Shown piece by piece: positions 42,201 to 52,062 of a stretch of DNA of 64,000 nt. Positions within the stretch are counted from its first letter, which is position 1. Every line of letters begins with the position of its first letter. Made by a program: the position numbers and the translations under genes. The notes beneath the pieces were generated by a model. It had not been told where the DNA came from, ran no database searches, and worked only from the letters and a program-made list of their open reading frames with translations. Origin of the DNA: Minisyncoccia bacterium (lineage in GTDB: Bacteria > Patescibacteriota > Minisyncoccia > Phycocordibacterales > UBA9973); NCBI GenBank assembly GCA_038244685.1, contig JBBRTD010000003.1, positions 3,944-67,943 of the forward strand. Reading direction: 5' to 3'.

Positions 42201-45047
42201 TTTAATTCAATTATTTCTTCAGCAGATGGAACTAAATTAGCAGCAACTGCTTACAGTGATTATATTTATACATCAACTGACAGTGGAGCAACCTGGGTGC
42301 AGAGAACAAATTCAGGTTCTCATAGTTTTTATTCAATTGCATCATCTGCCGATGGAACGAAATTAGCAGCAGCTAGTCATGATTTAAGTGGTTATATTTA
42401 TACATCAACCGACAGTGGAGCAACATGGGTAAAAAGAACAAGTGCAGGTATACGCACTTGGACATTAATTACTTCATCTTCCGATGGAACAAAATTAGCT
42501 GCAATTGATATAAAAACTTCGACAAGTACTGGCTATATTTATATATCAAATGATAGTGGAGCAAATTGGATAGCTGAAGCAAGTGCAAGTACTCGTGCTT
42601 GGACTTCGTTAACCTCATCAGCTGATGGAAGTAAATTAATTGCAGGAGTAAGTAGTAATTATTTATATTCTTATTCTCTACCAACTTCTCCAATTGTTAA
42701 AACAAACTCAGTAACACTTTCAACTGGAACATCTGTAACTCTAAATGGTCAAATAATAGATAATAAAGGTGACAATTCTACTGTCAGAGGATTCCAATAT
42801 GGATTAACAACAAGTTATGGAACTACAACATTGGAAAATGGATCATTCGGAGTCGGAACTTTTTCAACAAATCTAACAGGTCTTACCGCAAATACTACTT
42901 ATCACTATCGTTCTTATGCAACAAATTCACTTGGGACAAGCTACAGTGATGATGCAACTTTTGAAATAAAACCATTCGTCGAACAAATCACTTCTGGTAA
43001 GCATTATTGGTATGCAATTACTTCATCTTCCGATGGAACAAAATTAGCTGCAGTTGATTACGGTGGAAGTAGTACAGGAAGTATATACACATCAACAGAC
43101 AGTGGCGCCAACTGGACACAAAGAACAACTTCTAATTCACATAAATGGCTATCTATTACTTCATCTGCAGATGGAACTAAATTAGCAGCAGCTGCTTATC
43201 CTGGGTATATTTATACGTCACTCGATAGTGGAGTAACATGGGTAGAGCAGACAAATTCTGCATCATGTAATTGGAATGGGATTACTTCATCTACCGATGG
43301 AATAATTCTTGCTGCAATTGGAACTAATTGTATTTATACATCAGAAGATAGTGGTGATACTTGGACATCAAGGAATAATTCAGGACTTAACGGGGGAAAT
43401 TCAATTACTTCATCTTCAAACGGAATAAAAATGGCAGCAACTAATGGATTAGGTTATATATACATATCAGGAGATAGTGGTACAACTTGGACCGCTCAAA
43501 CAAGCTCAGGTTCACATACATGGCGTTCAATAACTTCATCTGCCGATGGAACAAAATTAGCTGCAATAGATTATCTTGGAACTGGAAGTGGTGGTTATAT
43601 TTATACATCAACAGATAGTGGTGTTACTTGGACGCAACAAACAAATTCTGGAGCTCGATATTGGATGTCAATTACATCATCGACTGATGGAACGAAATTA
43701 GCAGCAGTAGTTAATAATAATTATATTTATACCTCAGTAGATAGTGGAGTTACTTGGACACAACAATCAAGTGGAGGCTTACGTACTTGGTATTCCATTA
43801 CTAGTTCATACGACGGAATTAAAATAATTGCCGCAGCTTCAAATAGTAATATTTTTACCAATACTATTCCAGAAGTTCCATTAGTAAATACGCAAGATGC
43901 ATCTTCAGTTACGGTTAGTTCCGCGGTTTTAAATGCAACCATTGAAAACTTGAGCGGAGAATATCCAATCAGTAAAGGATTTGAATATGGATTAGACACA
44001 AGCTACGGAAGCACTGTTATTATAAATGGAGTATCAAGCCAGAGATCATATGCGATGGACGTAACAGCACTAGCAGAAGATACAACTTATCACTATAAAA
44101 GTTATGCTACAAATACTGTCGGAACAGGTTTCGGAGATGATCAAACCTTCACCACAGCTTCTGTAGAAGAAATAACATCTTTCGATTCAATACCAAATAT
44201 TACTGGAGGATTAGCAGGAAGCCCTACTTATGTAGATGCAGCAGCTATAATCGCAATATTACCATCATCCGTAAAGGCAAATAGTAATGCCGCGACAGTT
44301 CCTGTAACTTCATGGACAAACACTGATTTATATAATACAAATATGCCAGGAAGTTATACATTTACAGCAACACTAGGATCAATCCCTGTAGGATTTGCAA
44401 ACTCTGGGAACTTCACAGCAACGATAGAAGTAATAATTGGAGGAGTTCCTGTTACTGGTGGCAAAATCGAGATAAGAGGCGGTGGAGGTGGTGGATCTTC
44501 AACAAGTACAGTTTATATTGATCAGAAAAAGGATCCAATTCTTCCATCACTACCGAAGTCTGACCTAGAATTAAATTCTATAACAGCACAAGGATGTATA
44601 CCTGGAGGTTTATTCAGTGTAACAACAGGTAAACCATGTACAGGAATAACTCCAATTACACAAGAAGAAAAGACTACAACTGTTAAAACTATTATAGATA
44701 ATAGCCAAATAATAACTAAAACAATTACAGGATGCACAACAGGATCTTTATTCAACATAATATCAGGAGAGCCATGCAGTACAATAAATACAATTCAACC
44801 TTTAGACTCTGTATCTAAAAGCACCAGCTCTCTTGTCTTCACTAAATTGATTAAAATCGGAAGTAGAAGTGCTGATGTCAAAAAAATACAAACATATTTA
44901 AATGCAAGAGGTTTTGATTGTGGAATTGTAGATGGTTACTTTGGCTTCAAGACCAAAAGTAGTCTGATAAATTTCCAAAAAATGAATAAATTAACTCCAG
45001 ATGGAACAGTAGGGAAGATAACAATTCGGGCAATGAATAGTATTTAA
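36210..45047 (+). pseudogene. Giant surface protein (5 Asp-box/BNR propeller blocks, 11 FN3-like repeats, PG-binding C-terminus) interrupted by one in-frame TGA at 36423-36425; pseudogene, readthrough or sequencing error
   Basis: ORFs 36159-36425 and 36537-45047 are in the same frame. The signal peptide (...AQA) lies in the first. The sequence between them reads SSAD*TKLAAVAKPGYIYTS, matching the SSADGTKLAA repeat. Confidence 0.8.
37290..44160 (+). repeat. Intragenic repeats: about 100-aa TLNG...RGFEYG...YHYRSYATN modules and about 43-aa SSADGTKLAA...YIYTSTDSGxTW blades
   Basis: Visible in the translation. A 41-bp identical stretch occurs at 39451-39491 and 40339-40379. Confidence 0.9.
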
Positions 45048-45086
45048 TTCCCTAAAAAATTAACATATTAAATAAAACAAATTATT

Positions 45087-48000
45087 TTGAAAAAATTCAA
45101 AAACCTAAAATTAATTTTCTCAGTTTTTATTAGTCTTCTTATTATTATAAGTAATTTAAATTCGCCAATTTTAGTAAATGGTGAAGATAATTTTAATTAT
45201 AATATTAAAAAAGAAGTAGGAATAAAAAATTATGCCGATGGAGAAATAATTGTAAAATTTAAAGATGACAAAGTAAAATTAGATACAACTTCTGGTAAAT
45301 TAAAAATGGCAACTCTTGCCCAAGATAACTCACTTGAAAAAAAAGAAGACCTAAAAGAGAATAATATTTCTGTTTTTAAAATCAAAGATAATAAAACAGT
45401 AGAAGAAAAAATAGCAGAATTAGAAAGTGATCCAAATGTTTTGTATGCTGAGCCCAACTACAAACGTTATCCAAGTTCTATTAGTACTAATGATACTAGC
45501 AAAAATTTACTATGGGGTCTTGATAATACAAGCCAAACAGTGAACAGCGTTTCGGGCACTCTCGACGCTGATATAGACGGACCAGAAGCTTGGGCAATTA
45601 ATGAAGGGACTAATTCTTCTGTAATCGTGGCAGTAATAGATACCGGTGTTGGATTTAATCATCCAGATATACTTGCAAATATGTGGGATGGAACAAATTG
45701 TAAAGATCAGCTGGGTAATTTTTTAGGAGGATGTAATCATGGTTATGACTACGAAAGCAATGATAAGATTCCATTACCACTAAGTAACTCTCACGGTACT
45801 CATGTCTCTGGTACAATCGCTGCTTTAAAAAATAATAGCAAGGGTATCATCGGAGTTGCACCAAATGCGAAAATAATGGCAATTAAATTTGGCTTTACTG
45901 TTAATGATGAAATAAAAGCAATAAATTTTGCTATTAAAAATGGAGCAAAGATAATTAATGCTAGTTTTGGAGGTAGCTCATTTTCACAATCTGAGTATGA
46001 TGCAATGAATCTATTCAAACAATCAGGCGGAATTTTTGTAGCAGCGGCAGGTAACGATGGTCTCGATAACAATACAATTCCTGTTTATCCTTCAAGTTAC
46101 GATTTAGACAATATCATATCAGTTGCAGCAACTGATCAAAATGATAGCCTTGCGACATTTTCAGACTACGGAACAACTTCAGTTGATGTTGGAGCTCCTG
46201 GTACAAATATTTTAAGTCTTATTACAGATACTGATGGTTCTGATGAAAAATATGGATATGGTAATGGAACTTCTATGGCAGCTCCTCATGTTGCAGGTCT
46301 TGCCGCATTAATCTGGGGAATGAGACCATCTCTTACTTACATCCAGGTCAAAAATATTATATTAAGTACTGGCGATTCGCTTCCGTCCTTAAATACTAAA
46401 ACTGTTTCAGGAAAAAGAATTAATGCATTTAATGCCTTAAATTATGTTTTAACTAATTATATTACTTATCCAACTGCTACTATTACTTACTCAGATACTG
46501 ACTTGATTGTAAAAGCTGGAGATTCATTAACTATTACAGCAAATTTAAATGAACCTGTACTAGACTCTCCATCATTAAAAATATCTATTAGTGGATCAAA
46601 TATATTAGCCCCAACCTTAATGACGAAGGTTAGTAATACGCAATATACATATATATATACAGTTAAAGAAGGGGATGGAATAGCTAATATTAATCTATCT
46701 AATGCAACAAATGCCGAAGGAAATTCTATTGTCAGCATTCCAAGCTCTGGCTCTTCTTTTACTGTTGATAATACAGCGCCAACAATATCAATTAGTTCTC
46801 CATCTGCATTATTTACCAAATCTGGACCTATTACATACATCGCAACATATACAGACGCTACTTCAATAACATTAGCTGATATAGATGTAACCCTAAATAC
46901 TACAGGAGGAGCCACTGGAACAATCAATGTTTCTCCAAACGATGAGACAACAAGAAAAATTTCAATTTCAAATATAAGTGGTGATGGAACACTAGGAATT
47001 AGTATAAATACAAACACTGCCTCTGACATAACTGGTAATATATCCCTATCAACAAGCCCAAGTGAAATTTTTACAGTTGATAATACTGCTCCTTTAAATC
47101 AAGATATAGTATTCAGCTCGTCTTTAAACAAAAAAGGTAGCAGTTTAATAAATATTGTTTCTTCAGAAAACATAAATAATAATGTATGGATTGCACCAGA
47201 AGGAACTAATTTATTTACAGAAAGTTCTACTATAACAAAAGCCATCAACGGCACAGCTCTGAGTATCTTAGCCCCAGAAAGCGAAGGTGTTTATAAAATA
47301 TTTATAATTGATGAAGCTGGTAATATTTCTGCTCCATCTCTATCAACTCTAACCATAGATAATACTGCCCCTTTGATGCCTACAATAACATCAATAGCGA
47401 ATGATAATAAAATTAGTTATGAAGAAAAAAATTCTATTCACATAACAGGAATAGCTGAAGCTAACTCACTTGTAACAATATCTTTAACCGATAATATAAA
47501 TACAAAAGTTGGAACACAACAATTAATAAATAATAATACAAATTATGATATTGAAATTATAGGGTCAGAAGCTATTCCTTCGGCACTTATTGATGGCACA
47601 ATATACATTACAGCTACATCTACAGATGAAGTTGGAAATATTTCCCCAATAAATAATTTAAATGTTGTTCAATCTCCACAAATTATAGTTACAAATAGTG
47701 GAGGCGGTGGGGGTGGTGGTAGCTCGAGTTATACTACACCAACAATTAATCCAATTATAACAACCGCAATACCAACACCGTTGATTAGTCAAACTGCAAT
47801 ACCAGGATGTGACACTATGTCATTATTTAGTACAATCACAGGTAAGTCATGCGGAAATACAAACATAGCACCAATATTTAATACGGATACAAATAAAGAG
47901 ACTCCCGTTTTATATAATATTACTAAAACATTAAAACAAGGTAATAATAATAATGAAGTTAAGGTATTACAAAAATATTTAAATTCAAAAAGTTACTATA

Positions 48001-48146
48001 TATCGCTATCAGGTCCAGGTTCTATTGGCAAAGAGACAACATTATTCGGTCCTGCAACAAAAAAAGCGCTTATTAAATTCCAGAAAGCTAATAAATTAAA
48101 GGCTGACGGAGTAGCAGGAGCTATAACCAGAAGTCTAATTAAATAA
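45087..48146 (+). CDS. Cell-surface S8 subtilisin-like protease with propeptide, Ig-like repeats and a PG-binding domain
   Basis: Signal peptide, YAEPNY propeptide end, catalytic triad VIDTG / HGTHVSG / GTSMAAP, VDNTAP Ig repeats, poly-Gly linker, FGPATKKALIKFQ...DGVAG. Confidence 0.92.
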   Translation: MKKFKNLKLIFSVFISLLIIISNLNSPILVNGEDNFNYNIKKEVGIKNYADGEIIVKFKDDKVKLDTTSGKLKMATLAQDNSLEKKEDLKENNISVFKIKDNKTVEEKIAELESDPNVLYAEPNYKRYPSSISTNDTSKNLLWGLDNTSQTVNSVSGTLDADIDGPEAWAINEGTNSSVIVAVIDTGVGFNHPDILANMWDGTNCKDQLGNFLGGCNHGYDYESNDKIPLPLSNSHGTHVSGTIAALKNNSKGIIGVAPNAKIMAIKFGFTVNDEIKAINFAIKNGAKIINASFGGSSFSQSEYDAMNLFKQSGGIFVAAAGNDGLDNNTIPVYPSSYDLDNIISVAATDQNDSLATFSDYGTTSVDVGAPGTNILSLITDTDGSDEKYGYGNGTSMAAPHVAGLAALIWGMRPSLTYIQVKNIILSTGDSLPSLNTKTVSGKRINAFNALNYVLTNYITYPTATITYSDTDLIVKAGDSLTITANLNEPVLDSPSLKISISGSNILAPTLMTKVSNTQYTYIYTVKEGDGIANINLSNATNAEGNSIVSIPSSGSSFTVDNTAPTISISSPSALFTKSGPITYIATYTDATSITLADIDVTLNTTGGATGTINVSPNDETTRKISISNISGDGTLGISINTNTASDITGNISLSTSPSEIFTVDNTAPLNQDIVFSSSLNKKGSSLINIVSSENINNNVWIAPEGTNLFTESSTITKAINGTALSILAPESEGVYKIFIIDEAGNISAPSLSTLTIDNTAPLMPTITSIANDNKISYEEKNSIHITGIAEANSLVTISLTDNINTKVGTQQLINNNTNYDIEIIGSEAIPSALIDGTIYITATSTDEVGNISPINNLNVVQSPQIIVTNSGGGGGGGSSSYTTPTINPIITTAIPTPLISQTAIPGCDTMSLFSTITGKSCGNTNIAPIFNTDTNKETPVLYNITKTLKQGNNNNEVKVLQKYLNSKSYYISLSGPGSIGKETTLFGPATKKALIKFQKANKLKADGVAGAITRSLIK

Positions 48147-48154
48147 TATATTCC

Positions 48155-48183
48155 TTGCATTGTTTTTATATGTCTGTTATAAT
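48155..48183 (+). promoter_or_regulatory. Sigma70 promoter of the RRM gene
   Basis: TTGCAT-17 nt (ending TGT)-TATAAT. Confidence 0.65.
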
Positions 48184-48190
48184 AAGGAAA

Positions 48191-48339
48191 GTAGTTAGCT
48201 TATGTTTTGGTATTAGTTTCACATTCTTCGTGTTTTAAACATTGAGGTCTGTAAATGAAATCAGCTATGCGATTACATTTATAAATTAGTTTTCTTCAAT
48301 TAGACGATATGAAAGTATCCCTATGAGAAGCATATTGTC
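48191..48339 (+). ncRNA. Putative structured 5' leader of the RRM gene
   Basis: Nested helices 48191-48276 and a 9-bp stem (48303-48311 with 48331-48339), folded by eye. Confidence 0.4.
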
Positions 48340-48343
48340 ATAT

Positions 48344-48634
48344 ATGGCAAAAAAGTTGTATGTAGGTGGTCTTCCTTATAAGACTACCAATGATGAGCTT
48401 AAGTCTCATTTCAGTGCTGCCGGAGCTGTCGCTTCAGCAACAATTATCATGGATAAAATGACTGGCCGTTCAAAAGGTTTCGGTTTCGTAGAAATGGAAA
48501 ACGATTCTGATGCTGCTACAGCTATCTCAATGTTTGATGGTAAGGATTACGATGGACGTAATCTTACAGTTAACGAAGCTCGTCCTATGGAAGAGCGTCC
48601 ACAAAATGGTGGAGGTTTCCGTGGAAACAGATAA
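48344..48634 (+). CDS. RRM-domain RNA-binding protein
   Basis: RNP2 LYVGGL, RNP1 KGFGFVEM, LTVNEARP, Gly-rich tail. Terminator at 48651-48688. Confidence 0.95.
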   Translation: MAKKLYVGGLPYKTTNDELKSHFSAAGAVASATIIMDKMTGRSKGFGFVEMENDSDAATAISMFDGKDYDGRNLTVNEARPMEERPQNGGGFRGNR

Positions 48635-48763
48635 TTAACTTTATCTAAAACAAAAAATCCCCAACTCGCAAGAGTAGGGGATTTTTTGTATCTTTGACAT
48701 ATCTTAATATAAATTGTAATGTAAATATGAAATATTGAATATTAACATTGTAAAAAAGTTAGA

Positions 48764-49162
48764 ATGAGAATTAAAATTAATCTGGAAGACTTAACTCTTT
48801 ATCTTCAGAAGAAAAAGAGTATTGGAAAAGATCAGAAAGTATATTCTGTATCAATTTCTAATCCCAAAAAATCTCTGATTGTAGTTGTCACAAGTGAAAA
48901 TGCTATCTCTCTCAAAAAAGAAGAGGAGCCATTACGACAGCTAAACGACGAGGAAATGCTTGAAATGTTAAGCAGGCCCATATTTGACCTGGACGTTTCA
49001 GTTCGAACAATGGGAATACTAAGAATAACAGGGCTCAAAACACTAAGAGATGTTATATCTAGAGATGAGAAATTTTTCAGGAAATACCGAGGTTTTGGAA
49101 ATCTATCGGTAGATGAACTAAAAAAAACACTAAGACAGAAGGGGTTAAAACTAACTGTTTAA
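48764..49162 (+). CDS. Protein containing a stand-alone RNA polymerase alpha-CTD-like domain
   Basis: RPIFDLDVSVRTMGILRITGLKTLRDV...RGFGNLSVDELKKTL resembles alphaCTD (IxxLxLSVR..NCL...GI..., NFGxKSxxEI). Confidence 0.7.
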   Translation: MRIKINLEDLTLYLQKKKSIGKDQKVYSVSISNPKKSLIVVVTSENAISLKKEEEPLRQLNDEEMLEMLSRPIFDLDVSVRTMGILRITGLKTLRDVISRDEKFFRKYRGFGNLSVDELKKTLRQKGLKLTV

Positions 49163-49184
49163 ATTAATTTAAATTTGTATCATC

Positions 49185-49331
49185 ATGGCTACGACTTTGA
49201 AGCAAAAGAAGAGAAGAAGATTGAGAAACAAAGCGAAAAAAGCAAAAGAAAACAACGTTTGGTATGATTATCATTATGATAAAGCCCAAAATGAAATATT
49301 CTTTACTTATCCTAAAAAGAAAGCCAGATAA
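49185..49331 (+). CDS. Small basic protein (48 aa, not in the ORF track)
   Basis: MATTLKQKKRRRLRNKAKKAKENNVWYDYHYDKAQNEIFFTYPKKKAR*, located between the alphaCTD gene and a hairpin terminator. Confidence 0.45.
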   Translation: MATTLKQKKRRRLRNKAKKAKENNVWYDYHYDKAQNEIFFTYPKKKAR

Positions 49332-49483
49332 CCTCTGGTTTTTTTATTTTATATAACCATAGCCTTCTGTGGTTTTTTGTTTGCAAAATAGGGGATTTTT
49401 TGATATAGTTCTTATGTTCTTTTAATGTTTTAAAGAGAACCTTACTTCTTGTATAGTTGTCAGCAATAAACGTGAAATTTCAT

Positions 49484-49555
49484 GCGTGTGTAGTTCAGTG
49501 GTAGAACGCTGTCCTGATAAGACAGAGGTCCTTGGTCCGATTCCAAGCACACGCA
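49484..49555 (+). tRNA. tRNA-Ile (anticodon GAT)
   Basis: GCGTGTG/CACACGC-A acceptor stem, CTGTC-CTGATAA-GACAG anticodon arm, T-arm CTTGG-TCCGATT-CCAAG. Confidence 0.92.
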
Positions 49556-49579
49556 CAAGGCTTTAAGCCTTTTCTTTTT

Positions 49580-49861
49580 ATGGATAATGATAAAGAAAAA
49601 TTAAACAAAGAAGCCCCTTGGTGGCAAGAAGGAGTCATTACTTTTGCAAAAGTTAGTGCTTCCATCGCAGTTCCGATAGTTATTGCTTTATATTTAGGTA
49701 AATATCTGGATAATAAATACAATACTGAACCCTGGATTTTTCTTTCATTAACTTTTATAGCATTTATCATATCCTTAGTTTCTATCTGGATTAATATGAT
49801 GAAGTATATTAAAGATCTAGAAAGCAAAGAAAAGTCTTCCAAAGACAAGATAATAAAATAA
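49580..49861 (+). CDS. AtpZ/AtpI-family protein
   Basis: Two TM helices, LGKYLDNKYNTEPW, first gene of the atp operon. Confidence 0.85.
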   Translation: MDNDKEKLNKEAPWWQEGVITFAKVSASIAVPIVIALYLGKYLDNKYNTEPWIFLSLTFIAFIISLVSIWINMMKYIKDLESKEKSSKDKIIK

Positions 49862-49864
49862 TTT

Positions 49865-50809
49865 ATGACAACAATAGTTAGTACAGAAGAATTAAATACA
49901 GCAGAAGTTAAACAGCCTCAAGAAATAAATACAACTGGGGTTGCCTTAAAACCTGAGACAGAAGAAGTAACAAGCGAATCTACATTATTTGCTGAACCTA
50001 TTGCTCATTTTGGTTCTTTTACTGTTACAAATTCTCTTTTCACAAGCTGGGTAGTAGTTTTCATTCTTATTGTTATATCTATTGTAGTTAGAACAAGAAT
50101 AAAAAAAATACCCAAAGGAATTCAAAATTTATTTGAAATATTAATAGAAGAAGCACACTCTTTATGCGACCAAGTCACAAGTAGTCGTATTATTACGAAT
50201 AAAGCTTTTCCTATTGTCTTTGCAATTTTTATGTTTGTCCTTCTTAATAACTGGGTAGGAATTCTTCCATTGGGAGGTTTCGGACTTATAGAGATCGGGG
50301 AACACGGCAAAACATTTATTCCACTTTTCAGAAGTGGTACTGCGGATATAAACGGAACACTGCCTCTCGCTATCATGTCTGTTATTGGTGCAAATATATT
50401 TGGAATAATTTCTATTGGTTTATGGAAAACTATAAATAAATACGTTAACCTTACAGCACTTGGAGGTATCTTCACAAAAGTTAAAAAAGACCCATCAATC
50501 CTCATGACAGCTCCTATTGTCTTTGCTGTTGGATTGCTTGAGCTTGTCGGAGAGTTTGCAAAAGTCGCATCACTTTCCTTTCGTCTCTTTGGTAATGTAT
50601 TTGCCGGAGAAGTATTACTTGCCTCAATGGGTGCAATTATAGCCTATGTCCTTCCTACACCATTTTTACTACTAGAAGTATTAGTGGGTGTGATACAAGC
50701 ATTTATTTTCGCCATTTTAACCCTTGTTTATTATACAATCTCAAGCATGGACCATGAGGAACATGAAGAAGAGCATAGTAAAGAGGGAAAATTAAGTGGG
50801 GCACATTAA
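49865..50809 (+). CDS. atpB: ATP synthase F0 subunit a
   Basis: PKGIQNLFE, TADIN, SLSFRLFGNVFAGE, IQAFIF. Confidence 0.96.
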   Translation: MTTIVSTEELNTAEVKQPQEINTTGVALKPETEEVTSESTLFAEPIAHFGSFTVTNSLFTSWVVVFILIVISIVVRTRIKKIPKGIQNLFEILIEEAHSLCDQVTSSRIITNKAFPIVFAIFMFVLLNNWVGILPLGGFGLIEIGEHGKTFIPLFRSGTADINGTLPLAIMSVIGANIFGIISIGLWKTINKYVNLTALGGIFTKVKKDPSILMTAPIVFAVGLLELVGEFAKVASLSFRLFGNVFAGEVLLASMGAIIAYVLPTPFLLLEVLVGVIQAFIFAILTLVYYTISSMDHEEHEEEHSKEGKLSGAH

Positions 50810-50831
50810 TTTAAAGGTCAATCATTATTAA

Positions 50832-51062
<231 letters not shown>

Positions 51063-51155
51063 TTTTTACTATTTACATCTGGCCATTTGTTTCTATCGCA
51101 AATGACTAGGAGTAAGAAGCCAAAACTTCTGTAGATTAAAAATTAACATTTTTTT

Positions 51156-51647
51156 ATGGATTCATTTATAAATACATTTCACATAGATTGGAAAATAATA
51201 GTAGCGCAAAGTATAAACTTCGTAATAGTTCTTTTTGTTTTAAATTTTTTAATTGTAAAACCACTCAAGAAAATGATGAAAGAAAGATCATTAACAATTG
51301 CTGGTGGATTAGATGATGCAACAAAAAACAAAGAATTACTAAAGAATACAAAGAAAGAGTATGATGAAGTTATCCTAAAGGCACGTGAAGAAGCTCATGC
51401 TATTTTCCAAGAAGGCAAGCGTGAAGCAGAAGACAAAAAAAAGAAGATGATAGAAGCTGCACACAGTGAAATCGAAGAGATGATTTCAAATGGCAAAAAA
51501 ACTCTAGAATCAGAAAAAATTAAAATGGTAGAAGAGGCCAAAAAAGAAATTGTTTCTTTGGTGGTAAAAGCTACAGAGAAATTACTTGAATCTCATAAGG
51601 ACGAATCTTTTAACAATAAGGCAATAGAGCAAATCAAAAAGCTTTAA
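51156..51647 (+). CDS. atpF: ATP synthase F0 subunit b
   Basis: QSINFVIVL TM, KPL..MMKER, coiled coil. Confidence 0.94.
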   Translation: MDSFINTFHIDWKIIVAQSINFVIVLFVLNFLIVKPLKKMMKERSLTIAGGLDDATKNKELLKNTKKEYDEVILKAREEAHAIFQEGKREAEDKKKKMIEAAHSEIEEMISNGKKTLESEKIKMVEEAKKEIVSLVVKATEKLLESHKDESFNNKAIEQIKKL

Positions 51648-51653
51648 AAGTAT

Positions 51654-52061
51654 ATGGCAAGTATTTCAATTAAAAATTTAGCAAGTGCTATATATGAATC
51701 ATCTTCAGACAAAGATGGGGTTCTATTAGATTCCATCATCAAGAAAAGCGCCACATTCATAAGGGATAAGAATTTGCTGGGTAAAAAAGATGAAATATTA
51801 AAAGCCCTTGAGGAGATAGTCAATAAAGAAAATGGTGTAGTTAAAGTTAAAATTACAACAAGCGAAAAATTACAAGAAGACATCAAGACTGAAATTGAAG
51901 AATTCGTTAAAAAAAAGTACAAAGCAAATGAAGTAGAAATAGAGTCCAAAGAAGACAAAAAATTACTTGGTGGAATAAAAATAGAGATAGGAGACGATAT
52001 AATAGACACCACATTATTAAACAAGATACATCAATTACAAAATTATTTAATCACAAACTAA
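51654..52061 (+). CDS. atpH: ATP synthase F1 subunit delta (short form)
   Basis: [20 protein letters not shown] and operon position. Confidence 0.9.
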   Translation: MASISIKNLASAIYESSSDKDGVLLDSIIKKSATFIRDKNLLGKKDEILKALEEIVNKENGVVKVKITTSEKLQEDIKTEIEEFVKKKYKANEVEIESKEDKKLLGGIKIEIGDDIIDTTLLNKIHQLQNYLITN

Positions 52062-52062
52062 T

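Noticed and set aside
36537-44160. CRISPR array or DGR-like repeats
   Set aside because: The repeats are degenerate, in-frame protein-coding modules with codon-position variation. There is no constant repeat/spacer pattern and no cas or reverse transcriptase gene.
46487-47029. 180-aa antisense ORF and the other 60-160 aa antisense or alternate-frame ORFs in the track
   Set aside because: They lie wholly or mostly inside well-supported genes, have no recognisable motifs and are expected from codon bias.
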